Shown here: one piece after another, positions 26,767 through 39,358 of the stretch
How the letters are laid out: each line of letters opens with the position of its first letter
Position numbering within the stretch: the stretch's first letter is position 1
Origin: Lama glama
Taxonomy: Eukaryota
Reading direction: 5' to 3'
DNA: 64,000 nucleotides
Assembly: GCA_028534125.1 (NCBI GenBank)
Contig: CM052816.1
Location: 94,614,001-94,678,000, forward strand
Position numbers and translations under genes: made by a program
The notes under the pieces: model-generated
What the model saw: the letters and a program-made list of their open reading frames with translations, nothing else
Databases searched by the model: none
Told to the model about the DNA's origin: nothing

Positions 26767-27811
26767 TTATGTTGTTTCCATGACTTGGCTATTGTAAATA
26801 GCACTGCTGTGAACATTTGGGTACATGCGTCTTTTCAAACTAGTTTTCTCCAGATATATGCCCAGGAGTGGGATTGCTGGGTCATATAGTAAGTGTATTT
26901 TTAGTTTTTTAAGGAACTTCCGTACTGTGCTCCGTGGTGGCTGCACCAATTTACATTTTCACCAACAGTGTAGGAGGATTCATTTTTCTTCACACCCTCT
27001 CCAACATTTACTATTTGTAGACTTTTTATTGATGGCCATTCTGACTGGGTGAGGTTATATCTCATTGTAGTTTTGATTTGCATTTCTCTAATAATTAATA
27101 ATATTGAGCATCTTTTCATGTGCCTGTTGTCCATCTGGATGTCTTCTTTGGAGAAATGTCTATTTAGGTTTTCTGCCCATTTTTTGATAAGGTTGCTTGG
27201 TTTTGTGGTATTAAGCTGTATGAGCTCTTTGTGTATTTTGGAAATTAGTTCCTTGTCAGTCACATCATTTGCAAGTATTTTCTCCCATTCCGTAGATTGT
27301 CTTTTTGTTTTGTTGATGGTATCCTTAGCTGTGCTAATGCTTTTAAGTTTAATTAGATCCCATTTGTTTCTTTTTGCTTTTATTTCCATTACTCTTAGAG
27401 CTGGTTCAGAAAAAATATTGCTGTGATTTATGTCAAAGAATGTTCTGCCTATGTTTTCCTCTAGAAATTTTATAGTATCTGGTCTTATATTTAGGTCTTT
27501 AATCCATTTTGAGTTTATTTTTGTATATAGTGTTAGAGAATGTTCTAATTTCATTATTTCACATGTAGCTGTCCAGTTTTCCCAGCACCACTTATTGAAG
27601 AGATTGTCTTTTTCCATTGTATGTTCTTGCCTCCTTTGTTGTAGATTAATTGACCATAAGTGAGTGGATTAATTTCTGAACTTTGTATCCTGTTCCTTTG
27701 ATCCATGTGTCTGTTTTTGTGCCAGTGCCACACTGTTTTGATTATTGTAACTTTGTAGCATAGTCTGAAGTCAGAGCACATGATTCTCCCAGCTCCATTC
27801 TTCTTTCTCAA
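26767..27811 (-). pseudogene. Frameshifted L1 ORF2p C-terminal coding remnant
   Basis: Three overlapping minus ORFs in different frames: 27554..27811 ([21 protein letters not shown]), 26901..27617 ([45 protein letters not shown]) and 26767..26949 ([11 protein letters not shown]). Confidence 0.95.
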
Positions 27812-28622
27812 GATTGTTTAGGCTGTTTGTGGTCTTTTGTGTTTCCTCACAAATTTTAACATTTTTTGTTCCTATTCAGTGAAAAATGTCATTGGTAATT
27901 TGACAGGGATTGCATTGAATCCATATATTGCCCTGGATAGTAAAACAATTTTAGCAATATTTATTCTTCCAAACCAATAACATGGTATATTTTTCCATAT
28001 GTTTTTGTCATCTTCAATTTCTTTCATCAATGTCATAGTTTTTGGAGATAAGTCCTTTGCTTCCTTAGGTAAGTTTATTCCTAAGTGTTTTATTCTTTTT
28101 GATGTGATGGTAAATGGGATTGTTTCCTTAATTTCTTTTTCTGATATTTGTTGTTAGTGTATAGAAATGCAACTGATTTTTGTACATTAATATTTTACTA
28201 CTAATGCTTGAGTGATGTACAGAAACTGGCGCTATACGTTCTTCCTAAATATACTGAAAAAAAACAACAAAAACAGATGTTCATCTCTATCTTGTCCAGC
28301 TTAGACCTGGAAAGCATTAAGTACTTCCAACTTCAATGTCATGATGCAAAGGAGTTAAATCATTTGCCAGCATTCAGTTTCGTGGTACTCAGAAAATTTC
28401 TCTTATTTGTAAGAAAGAATCCAAAAGATTACTTTTCTCAAAAAAAAAAACTTTGTTACTTTTCTCAAAAAAAACACTTTCTGTTATGGATATTCTATTA
28501 TATCTTAAGAGTGCATAGCATGAAGAAATCAGCAGAATTCTCTAAACAAAAATTACATTTGATTTGACTATAACTAAAATTGATTTAGAACATAAAAAAA
28601 CAAAGTGATACAATGCTAATCT

Positions 28623-29260
28623 TATTTTTTCCTTCCAGTTTTATTGAGATAATTGATATACAACCCTGTACAAGTTTAAGGTATACAGAAAATTGATTTG
28701 ACTTACATACATCATGAAATGATTATCACAGTAAATTCAGTGATCATCCATCATCCCATATAAAAATGAAATGAAACAAATAGAGAAAAAAATGTGTGTA
28801 TGATGAGAACTCTTAGGATTCACTCTCTTAACTTTCATGTACAACGTACAGCAGTGTTAATTATGTTTATCGTGTTGTGTACTACATCCCCAGCACTCAT
28901 TCATCTTGTAACTGGAAGTTTGTATCTTTTGATTGGCTTCATCCAGTTCCTCCTTCCCCCACCCCTGTCTCTGGTAATCACAGATCTGATCCCTTTTTCT
29001 GTGAGTTTGTTTGTATGGTGGTTTATTTTTGAGGTATAATCAACCTACAACACTATGTTAGTTCCTGTTACACAACATAGTGATTTTTTTCTGTGCATTT
29101 CAAAATGATCACCCAGATCAGCCTAGTTATCTTGATGAGTCATCACAAAGATATTACTTAGTTATTGATTATATTCCCCACACTGTACATTTCATACCAG
29201 TGACTCATTTATTTTGCAGCTGAAAGTTCGTATCTCTTAATTACCCTCATCTATTTCTTT
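28623..29260 (-). mobile_element. L1MA9-lineage (laurasiatherian) L1 3' end with composite double tail
   Basis: ttttattgagataattg...gatgagaactcttaggattcactctct...gtaactggaagtttgta; second tail-like segment from about 29003; homologous to 52988-53740. Confidence 0.85.
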
Positions 29261-30081
29261 CTTTATTCCTTTCTTTATATATTTATTTCTTTATTATATT
29301 TTAATAAGTAGAATCCTAATACCATCACAGACATGTCACAGAGAATATAGGACAACCTCTATGGAGGGGATCAAAGTAAATAATTTGCTGCTTAACAATT
29401 ACTTCAGCCTGTGTCTCCTTTTAAATATGTTAAAGCTTATGCAGTGTTAATGTTGATAAGGTAAATTTTTATAGTTAACAGTACTCCATAAGAGAATGAG
29501 TCTCAGTTCTCCATAAATCAAGCCTCTTTCTTATTTTTAAAAAGTTACTTGCCATCAAATATGAAACGACTTTCAAGCAGAGTGATATAAATCTAGCAAA
29601 AACAAATAAAATGATCTTCCAAAGGAAGAATACAAGTAGGTATGGAAGGAAAAAAAGAGAGAATCACGCTATATCTTTACCTGATGAAAAACAAAATGCT
29701 TCAGTTACATGAATGCGATTTTGAATTTGTTTTTAGAGGGTTTTTTTGAGGGGAGCGCTACATCATGGCTGGCGTTACTGGGTTATATACTTTCTCAGTG
29801 TGCTGGAACCAGAATAGAGACTTGCCTAGATGGCAGGCTCTCCCTGTTTGTCATAAATAATTCTGAGTCCAGTCATTTTTGTTCCAACTCCATATGACTT
29901 ACAATAAGCAATGACAAGTTTTCCAGTGATTAGAGCATTGCAGGACAATGGGAGAGAGATTATGATTTAGGTCTCTAGAAATGTGACATAGTTCATGTTC
30001 TTAAGGGGCCTCTCTCCAAAGAGAGCTAAAATGTTTTGCAAAACACTGGGGCAGCTGATAGTGGCTGCTGATTTCACTCTT

Positions 30082-30271
30082 TTTTTTTTTTTATTGAAGT
30101 ATATTTGGTTTACAATGTTGTGTTAATTTCTGGTGTGCAGCATAATGATTCAGTTATATATATATAGATTCTTTTTCATTGTAGGCTATTACAAGCTATC
30201 GTTCCCTGTGCTGGACTGTAGGACCTTGTTGCTTATCTATTTTATACGTAGTCGTTTGTACTTGCAAATCC
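30082..30271 (-). mobile_element. Short young L1 3' tail with TSD
   Basis: poly-T plus attgaagtatatttggtttacaatg; TSD ctgatttcactctt (30068-30081) vs ctgacatcactctt (30272-30285). Confidence 0.92.
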
Positions 30272-30439
30272 CTGACATCACTCTTGATTACACGATTTTA
30301 GATCTTAGAAATCAGCCTCTGATACTAGCTCTCACCGACGTTGACCCGCTAACTTACGATGGTGTTGAAGACTTACGGGTACAGTAGTTGTGTCCGTGAT
30401 AAGTAAGAAGCACTGTTTTAGGAGAGGGGCATTGTGGAG

Positions 30440-30620
30440 ACGGCACAGGTTTTGAAGTTGCTGAAATCTGGGATTAAACTCCAGCTTCCTTTGTCACTTT
30501 CTCGCTCTGTGGCCTTTGGCAGGTCACTTCAGTTCCCAAGCCTGAAAAATGGAGATGATGCCACTTGCTTTTCAGGACAGGGACATGGTCGCAGTTGCAT
30601 GTGTAAAGCCCCCGAAACAG
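30440..30620 (+). mobile_element. MIR
   Basis: ctgtggcctttggcaggtcacttcagttcccaagcctgaaaaatggagatgatg...gcatgtgtaaagccc. Confidence 0.75.
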
Positions 30621-31017
30621 GCAGGGACTCATCAAACTCATCACTGGTAGCTGCTGATGAGATAGATTTTTCTCCAGGAATTTCCTTCTTCAACCTAATG
30701 TTGATCAATGTAATATACATATATTATGATGGGTTTCAAACACTTGCACTTCAAACAAGTGTGTGCACATGGTCTGCAAAGCACAAAATTCTTCAGCTTT
30801 TCATTTAAATGAAGTATTTCCAGAGAAGTTTAGTTTTCGCGTCTGAGCTTCTTTTCTTCCCGAAAACAACCGATCTTGTATAAATGATTGGACACAGGTC
30901 TGAAGGCTTGTTGGCTTGTAGCAGGCCACAGAGGGTAGACGGAACTAATAGAAACTTCAGGAATCTCGTCACTCAGCACCTCACTGTATTTTGCTTCTTA
31001 AAAAAATATCCTACTGG

Positions 31018-31168
31018 ACAGCACAGGGAACTGTATTCAATAGCTTGTTATAGCCTATAATGGAAAAGAATATACAAAGGAACATATACATATAACTGAA
31101 TCACTGTGCGTACACCAGAAATTAACACATGGTAAACGGACAATCCCTCAATAAAATAAAAATAAAAA
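31018..31168 (+). mobile_element. Short young L1 3' tail
   Basis: agcacagggaactgtattcaatagcttg...actgaatcactgtgcgtacaccagaaattaacac plus (aaaat)n tail. Confidence 0.9.
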
Positions 31169-32869
31169 TCAACAAAGTTTTAGATACTGTTCAATGAAAG
31201 CATCCATCATTGAGCCCCAAAACAAAATCTTTAAAATTTCAGCAGAGTGAGTTGTAGAAAGTGAGTTTCCTGTGAGAAGGAGCGGTTTTACAACAATTTC
31301 CCAACTCCTCCCTAAACACCAGTGCTTTCAGTCACATATATATACACGTATATTTGGAATTCTGTATTAGATTTGTGAAATTGTATGATGTAAAGTATTT
31401 GCATTTCTAAAAACCTTGAGACTTCCTGGAATTTTAAAAAGTTTAAATTAAATTGGGTTTTTGATTTTGATTTTTTTTTTTTAGAAAAACCATAAAATTT
31501 TGTTATTATTTTCGGGTGTATCTTTCCATAGAAACCCAGTGTCCCGTTGTAGAGCATGAAATGCATTTCTGTTTACCAGTATAGTCTCTTCATTAATTCA
31601 GAGACTTGCCAAAAAACTGTATCAGCCATAATAGTTGGAAGACTAGGTTAGAAAAAAGGCAAATATTGAATTCCGTTTGCTCTTTTTATTGATGTTCTGT
31701 AGCCTGGCTTTGCATCCTGTCTGGGCCAGCATTGGGTGCTTAGCCCTGAGGGATGTAATAGCTCTTATCCACGCAAACATGTAGCATCATTAAAATAAGC
31801 TAATCCGTTGTTTTTAAAGTTTCTTTCTGAAGCATGCTTAGCCTTAGAATTTACAATTATGCCTGGGATTATCCTTGTAATCACCATGGAAAGTATCACT
31901 CTAGGGCAAACAACAGAGAGAGGCAATATGGGGAACGCTACGCTTTGCCCGTTGTACTTATTTGGGTATAAATAACTAAAAGATAATGCGAAGCAGAAGG
32001 AGATGCCATTGCATTTATTTCTTTTAAAATGAAAGAATGTATTATTCACATGTATTGTTTAATTTGAATAAGTCCTAGTTTTCTGTTACAAATTTAAAAT
32101 AGGCATATCATAGAATTTAGGCAAACATATTACATCTTTAATGTGTGATTATTATACTGATATAAGTTAAAAATGTGTGAATGATATAAGTAAAAGTTGA
32201 AAATCTTTCATAATAAATAATGTGCCATTAGAATTTAGCATTTCGGCCTGATGGTATTGTAATATTGCCATTCCTAAGAGAATTCTGATGGAGTGTTTTC
32301 AAAGAATACAAGGCTTGTGTGTGTCGCTGGCACACGCAACTGGGGGGAGAAGAAGTTTACGCTGCTTGGTATGGTTCTAAAGCCCCTGGTTCTAACTCTG
32401 ACTCTGCAACAAAAGTAGGGTGAGCTTAGGGAAATATGGTGCCTCCAGCCTTCGACTCTTATATAAAATATGGTTTCTCTATTAGCTGATCTACAAAGCC
32501 TCTTTTTGTCCAGGTTAAAAGCTTATATAGTACTTCAAAATTCAGATTATTACACATAAGGTGTATTTCTAAATCAGAAATGGATACGTATCATATATGT
32601 AAGCCTAACATGCATTATAAGAGACTCTGGTCCTGAAGTTAATATTTATGTCCTTTTTTTTTTTTTAAGTCTTTCTAAACCACAGAAATGTTGCCACAGT
32701 AAAGTACTTCTGTGTGTTGAAGACTGCTCCCCTATTCCCTTCTAAGGTCTACCCTCTATGATAGCTTGTAGCAAGGAGAAGAGTGTATTAAGAGACACTA
32801 AACACTTGAATTGAGAATAATGGATTGTTAGTATTATGAATAAAGGAAGAGTACTTTCAAATAACAACA

Positions 32870-33690
32870 GAAAAATTTTTTAAAAAATTCTAATGGAAAA
32901 ATGTGCAAAGTCAAGAACAGAAAATTACCCAGAAAATTACCCAGACATATTTACAAGATAAATAAAAATGGGGTCAAGCTTAAAAAAAAAATCAAAGAAA
33001 CCAAAGTCAAAAGAAGTGTTATGGGCTGATGTTTGTGTCCCCCTAAATTCATAGATTGAAATTCTAACCCCCAATGTGATGGGTGGGGTGAGGGGGTGGT
33101 GGAACCTTTATGAATGAGATCACTGCTCTAATAAAAGAGACCCAGAGAGCTCTCCAGCCCTCTGTCTGCCATTGAAGGGTGTAAGAAAACAACTCTGCAG
33201 CCAGAGGAGGGTCCTCACTAGAGCAGATCATGCTGCACCCCTGGTCTCTGGTTTCCAGTCTCTAGAACTGCAGAAAGTGAATGTCTGTTACTTAGAAGGT
33301 ACCTAGTCTCTGATATTGTTTTAGCAGCCCAAGCAGACTAAAACCAGAAGATACACCACTTTTACCTACAAAATTGAGAAATACACATTTTGTAATCCCC
33401 AGTGCTAGCTTGATTGTGGCGACCCCTATGGCACTTATATACTGCAGACAGGGACAGAAGATAGTCTCACAATTTTTTAAGTGGCGCCGTGTCTGCCATC
33501 CTTAAAAACAGTTATAAACACTGACCCTTTAATTCAGTGTGCAGAAATCAGTCCTAAGGAAATAGAAAAAAAAGATATGCATAAAAGTTTAGTTATAATT
33601 TAACAAGAAAAACACAAAGTAACCCTCAATAAAAGATGAATAGTTTTTTTAAAAAATCGCAGTGCATTCATTGATTAGATCATTATTCAG
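32870..33690 (+). mobile_element. Ancient L1ME-like fragment interrupted by MLT1A
   Basis: aatggaaaaatgtgcaaag...aatcaaagaaa [LTR] ataccacttttacctac-like segment...cccagtgctagc...ctgacccttt. Confidence 0.55.
33017..33345 (+). mobile_element. MLT1A-like solo LTR with perfect 5-bp TSD
   Basis: tgttatgggctgatgtttgtgtcccc ... agcagcccaagcagactaaaacc; agaag at 33012-33016 and 33346-33350. Confidence 0.93.
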
Positions 33691-33701
33691 TCATTAATTT
33701 T

Positions 33702-34217
33702 ATATATATATATATGTTGACGCATAGTAAGTCTTCAGTGTTGTGTCAGATTCTGGTGTACAGCACAATGCTGCAGTCATACATGAACATACATATATTC
33801 ATTTTCATATTCTTTTATACCATAAGTTACTACAAGATATCAAATATAGTTCCCTGTGCTATACAGTGCAAACTTGTTGTTTGTTTACTTTATATATGCC
33901 AGTCAGTATCTGCAAATCTTGAACTCTTAATTTATCCCTTCCCACCCCCTTACCCCCTGGTAACCGTAGGTTTGTTTCTTATGTCTGTGAGTCTGTTTCT
34001 GTTTTGTAAATAAGTTCATTTGTCTTTTTTTTAAGATTCCACATATAAGTGATATCGTATGGTATTTTTCTTTCTCTTTCTGGCTTACTTCACTTAGACT
34101 GACAATCTCCAGGTCCATGTATGTTGCTGAAGACATACAAATGGCCAATAGGCACATGAAAAAATGCTCAATATTGCTAATCATCAGAGAAATGTTAATC
34201 AAAACTATAGTGAGGTA
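33702..34217 (-). mobile_element. Young L1 with 5' inversion (twin priming)
   Basis: Minus-sense 3' end (33702-34128) joined to a plus-sense ORF2 piece (34129-34220, gaagacatacaaatggccaataggcacatgaaa). TSD tcagtcattaatttt / tcagccgttaatttt. Confidence 0.92.
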
Positions 34218-35306
34218 TCAGCCGTTAATTTTTAATGAGATAATATAGGAAAAAATTGACAATAGGGACAATGTCACGTATGCCAATTATAATACACTTG
34301 TGAATAACAGGATACCTTTGGTTACACTGCATATTAGTGTAATTTTATGTTTCTATCTCTAGCTGTGGAACATGGTTCATTTTTATCTTAAATATAAATC
34401 TACTGTTTCAAGAATTTCAGTGGTAACATATATTGACCTGATAATCTGTAGAAGGGAGACAGCCGGGACACAGTTCACTCTCTATTAGTGGTTAGTGATT
34501 GAACTCATTTTTTTGTTCAGAAATATGAGAGAACTTGCATAGAGGCCTACTTTGGAACGTATTTTTAAATCAGTGTCTTTCCAGAAAGTCATGCTTTGTC
34601 TTGAAGCTTTGATAATACGAGACCTTTAGAAGAAGCCTGCTGTGAGCGGGGCATTAGTGGAGCAAACCCGGGGAGCTGTTGGCTTCGCTTCCCAGTACTA
34701 ACATATTGGACGAATGGATGTGATAATTGACAATACAACTCTCTCCAGTGGTGTTAGTCATTTTTAAGAGCTTGAAGTTTTTACCCACTGACACCATCAC
34801 TGGAGGCATGACTGTTCCATTGCACAGTGTGACAAGCAGCCCAACACTCTAGTCCTAGAAATTTTTAGGATGACATGACATGTGCAGTTTTTATGATAGA
34901 ATTTGCCAGTAGCACCTTTGACTGATCCAGATTTTGACATATATGGCGGCCCAAGGAAAGAATCTTCCAAGTGAAATTTACTATATGTATTATAGAAATG
35001 TAAGCAGTAACTCATTTTATAAAAACGATGTTAGGTTGAGAGCCTGTTGAAGCCAAGATCTTCAGAAGGCAAGGAGTGTGGGATAAAGAGATGTGCAGTT
35101 CAGTGTAGACAGACCAGCTCTTTGCTAAGTCTGAGAAGGATTTTTCCATCACTTGGCTTATGCTAATTCTATGAAAAGAAGGGATCTTTCCAAATCTCTT
35201 GGAATAAAACTGCATTAGATCATGCTATCTGGCAACTGTAAAGATGGTGAATTCCTTGGACTGATGTTATATTCATTGGATCCAACAAAAGCTGCCTTAT
35301 GTTAAG

Positions 35307-35465
35307 TCAACATTTATTCAGTGTCTGTGTGCCAGACATTGGGGATAGTGGGGATACAGCAGAGAATGAGATGGAAACTATCTTCATTTGCAAAGAAAGT
35401 GTATTCCAGTGAAGGAGACAGATGATAGATAACTGAGCAATGGATAATATAATTTCATACTGCAC
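35307..35465 (-). mobile_element. L2 3' end
   Basis: caacatttattcagtgtctgtgtgccagacattggggatagtggggatacagcagagaatgagat. Confidence 0.75.
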
Positions 35466-35489
35466 TAAAGGCCATCTAAAAAATAGTAA

Positions 35490-35670
35490 TATTTTATCAG
35501 TTAGGATGCTATCAGCTGCCTGTAACAGAGAAACCAACCAATCTAACAAATTAATTTAGCATCTCACTTCTCATGAAGTGACAGTTAGGGTTGGTTGTGA
35601 CTCAATGGAGTCAGAAGGGACCAGATGATTTCAGAGTCTGCTTTTCTGAGCTCCATGTGTCTTTATCCTG
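35490..35670 (-). mobile_element. MLT1J/K-like MaLR LTR fragment
   Basis: atcagttaggatgctatcagctgcctgtaacagagaaacc. Confidence 0.6.
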
Positions 35671-38600
35671 TGGATGCACAGCCTCTACCTCCACTTCACA
35701 GTCCTCAGTGGGTTCCCGGCCTCTATAATGTCACCTGCTATTTGCTGCTGTGAGTTGGCAGAGACTAGCTTCTTGGTGAAGAGCTGATCCAAATCTGGTT
35801 GGCATCACAACGATGTAGGTTTTGGCTGGGATGTTGTAGCTGCATGTGCTCACTGACAAAGCCCGATAAGGCTGAGTTTTCCACCAGTTCACTATGCATT
35901 TGAAACAGTCGATCAGTTAATTTGCCTTCAAATACAGGGGCAATGAAATCCTCATGAGACAAAAGCTTAGCTTTGTCTTATAAACAATCATATTATATCT
36001 ATAAACAACCTTAAAATAAGCAAATGGTATTTTTCTAACAGCATTAAAAGCATTTATTTATTTGACCTCATGATAAGCAAGAACAACGAATTGTTTGCAT
36101 TTTGATTAGAATTAATATTAAGTGAAGCGTTTAGACACCTAGACAATTGTTTTTCTTTTTCATTCCTTGGGCTGATTAGCATCAGAGCCCAAATTCTAGG
36201 ATTAAAAAATATATTTCAGTCAAGATAAGAATGGTGGATGAGCATTTTCTACCTTATAAAGGCACTTTAGTATGTGAAATAAAAACTTAAACATTTTAAA
36301 TTAGATCCTTTTTCCTGCATTCTTATAGTAGCACCTGTAGAACCAGAACCTGATTCTTTTCGTTTGTTAAGAAACAAAAACAAAACAAAATTAAACACAT
36401 TCATAAAACATTAATAAGGCAAGCAAATCTAACATCTCTGAAGTTTTTGAAATATCAGGATAATATTCTGTTTTGTTTGGTTTTGTTTTCTTGGCTACTG
36501 GGTAAGGAGGGATGTAGCCCACCTGTTGCCTACTGATTTTTTTTTAAATATTATTAACTGAATTTTTTTATAATTTGAACAAGTTATTCCATAAGCCTAG
36601 CACCGAAATCCATAAACTCAGTGTTCAAACTGATGCGTTTCTAGATCACATATCAGTCGTTATTAGAGTTACGTGTCACTGTTGGGGCTGTTATAAATCA
36701 TTCGGTACAAATGATGTTAACAGCAGTAACAACTAAATGGCACAGCTAATCCTTGAATGTGCACAGTTGGGATAAAATGACAATTTAGTAATTCCACACA
36801 GGGACTAATACATCACCTTATTTTTACAACCACAATTCAGAAGATTCTTCCTCTCTCTTCCATCTCTTGCTTCCCAGAACAGTTTTTCAGGACCTGATTT
36901 AGGGGTCGGTTTTACCTCCCAATTTCTATAATCTCACCCTTAGGAAAATTGAGTGTGACATGGTTGTGTATATCAGACCATCCCTAAGCAGCTTGCTTAG
37001 TTAGTGTAAATAACTAGTATTTCAAACAATCAAGATTCATGAGATGCAATTACAAGTAACTTTATTTAGGTCCCACTATCCCTTTAAAATATATTCAGTA
37101 GGAAACTCCTTCCTTGGCCCGTGGTTTTCAGGCAGCCCTTGTCAGCCAAGTGGGCTGTTAAAATACCACCCCACTTGTGTGAGGGTTGGTAGCAGCCAAC
37201 TGCCTTGAGTATACCTCACCCATCCACTGCCAGCCGCCACAGGCCGTCCTGACTTCCCCCCTGTAACCACCTCCCACCCAATTCTCCATGTCTCAGCAGC
37301 TAAAAAGCACAACAAATGGCCCCCAAGACTCTGCCCCAACATCATTGGTGCCCATTCTCAGAGATGGGTGCCCGTGCCGTACTGGTTGTTAACTGTTTCG
37401 AATATTTGGTTAATAAATATGTTTAAAAGTTACTTTAATTTTTAAAATGTAGTCTCAATTTGATATTTGTAATACCTACCCTCTTATGATAGTCGAATCT
37501 TCCAGTTTCAAAAACAAAAAGAAAGCTTTCTCTTCCATTCAAAGTTATGGCTCTTCAGTCGCCCTCCAGGGGAGGTGTCCTGCAGGAGGAAGGGTTTCCT
37601 TTGGGTCACCGGGGAGGGGAATGATGGGCCCCTCCAGAGGGGCATGTGTGCGTGTGTGTATGTAGGTATGTGTGTGATCATGGTGGGGAAATAGAGAGGA
37701 GAGGGCCCCAGAGAGCTGAGAGGTGCAGGAAGTCCTTTCACAGCTGGCACTGGTGTGAGTTCCAGCTTCCTGACGTCAGCACCCTCCCTCTGAAGAGCCT
37801 CCCACCTGCGGTTCCCTTGCTGCAGATATGTGCTCTCCGGCAGCCTCTGGCCTCTCCCTGTGGACTCTGCCTGTCAAGATGCCCGTTATCCCTGACCCAC
37901 TCTCTTGTAACCCACATCCGGTCCAAGGAATGCACACCCCTTTCCCCACCTGCGCTCTTGGGCAGCTGCCTCCTCTGCAGTCACCTCTCCTTCAGACCAT
38001 CACTCCGCAGCCAGACAGCCCCTCTCTTGCCCTTTTTAGCTTTTCCAGTTCAGAGTCAGGGTATGAATCTCTTGTTTCCCCTCTAATAGTCACCACAGGC
38101 TTAAAGGCACGCAGAAGCATCTTCTTGATGGACTGTGAGCATGGCAGGTAGCGTACCAGCTCTAAAGCTTCCTCCGGTGGCAGACGGCAGCCCTAGCCCC
38201 GTGTCCTTGGCCAGAGGAAGTCACATGACTGCTTTGAACCCTGTTGGGCTGGGTTAAATGCCAGTCCTCGCTGGTGTCTGGGAGGCAGACTGGAATACTT
38301 GTCAGCACCACGGGTGATTAGCACAAGTCACGGAGCTGGGTTCACTGAAAACCTGCTTGGAAGTCTGTACCTTGTTTTGCTATCTGATCCGTGCTGTTTC
38401 ATGTCTGTGTCCAAACTTCCATTTAAATACTCTGTTATGTTTACATTTACATTTAATTGTTGAGAAAGAATGCATTGCAAACTGACATTTTATTTTAGAA
38501 AGTTGGTTTCCATGTTACTATTTATAGAATTTGCTGCCTAACAACAACAACAAAAATCTGCGTGCATTGCAGAACACGTCCTTTCTCGTTTCCAGTTCTG

Positions 38601-38922
38601 CCTCCCAGCATTTCGGCCTCACCAGCTCTATGTTTGTTTTGCCAAAATTCCCTCCCTTTGACCTCAAGGCTTCTATAAATGGACCTTTATTAATATTAGG
38701 GATTGTTTTTGTTGGTTCACTCTGGAGTTGTCTTATGGTTTGAGTATCATCAGCATGGGGACCCTAGGCGTGGGTGGAGAAAGGCACACAGCCTGTGTGG
38801 CAAAGCCAGACCACCAGTCCCTGCTGAGGCACCTACGAGAAGCCTCTTTGCTCTTGGGACCACCCCACCCCCAACCCTCACAGACGTAAGGGAAGGGGAG
38901 GCACAGCTGGCCACTGAGTCCT

Positions 38923-39358
38923 TGTTACGACGTGTTGAAAACTGTATGTTGACTTTATTTGGGAATAGGGTCTTTGTAGATGAAATCAGGGTAGGATGAA
39001 GTCACCCTGGATGAAGACAGGCCATACTCCAATATGATTGGAATACACACACACACACACACACACACAGGCAGTGTGGACACGGGGACACACCACGCAG
39101 GGGAATGCCGTATGATAACAGGAGGCAAAAGTCGAAGTGATGCCTCTAGAAACCAAAGACTGCCAAGCATTGCCAGCAACAACCAGAAACTGGAAGAGGA
39201 AAGAAAGGATCCCTTCTAGAATATTCTGAGAGAATGTGTCCTTCTGACACCTTGACCTAACACTGCTGGCCTCCAGAGCCCTCAGAAAATAAATTTCTGT
39301 CATCATAAGCCCCCCACTTTGGGACACTGTTTTACGTGAGCCCTAGGAAGCCAAGACG
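38923..39358 (+). mobile_element. MLT1B/C-like MaLR solo LTR containing (CA)n at 39045-39069
   Basis: tttatttgggaatagggtctttgtagatg...ctgccaagcattgccagcaacaaccagaaactggaagagg...aataaatttctgt...gccctaggaagccaagac. Confidence 0.9.

Larger units (their letters stand above)
26161..28196 (-). mobile_element. Young LINE-1, about 2 kb, 5'-truncated (ORF2 C-terminus, 3'UTR and tail)
   Basis: Continuous L1 homology with a T-rich tail at 26161-26190; ORFs translate to ORF2p motifs. Confidence 0.98.

Noticed and set aside
26901..27617. Longest ORF (238 aa) as a functional gene
   Set aside because: It is a frameshifted fragment of L1 ORF2p within a 5'-truncated element lacking the EN domain and RT core.
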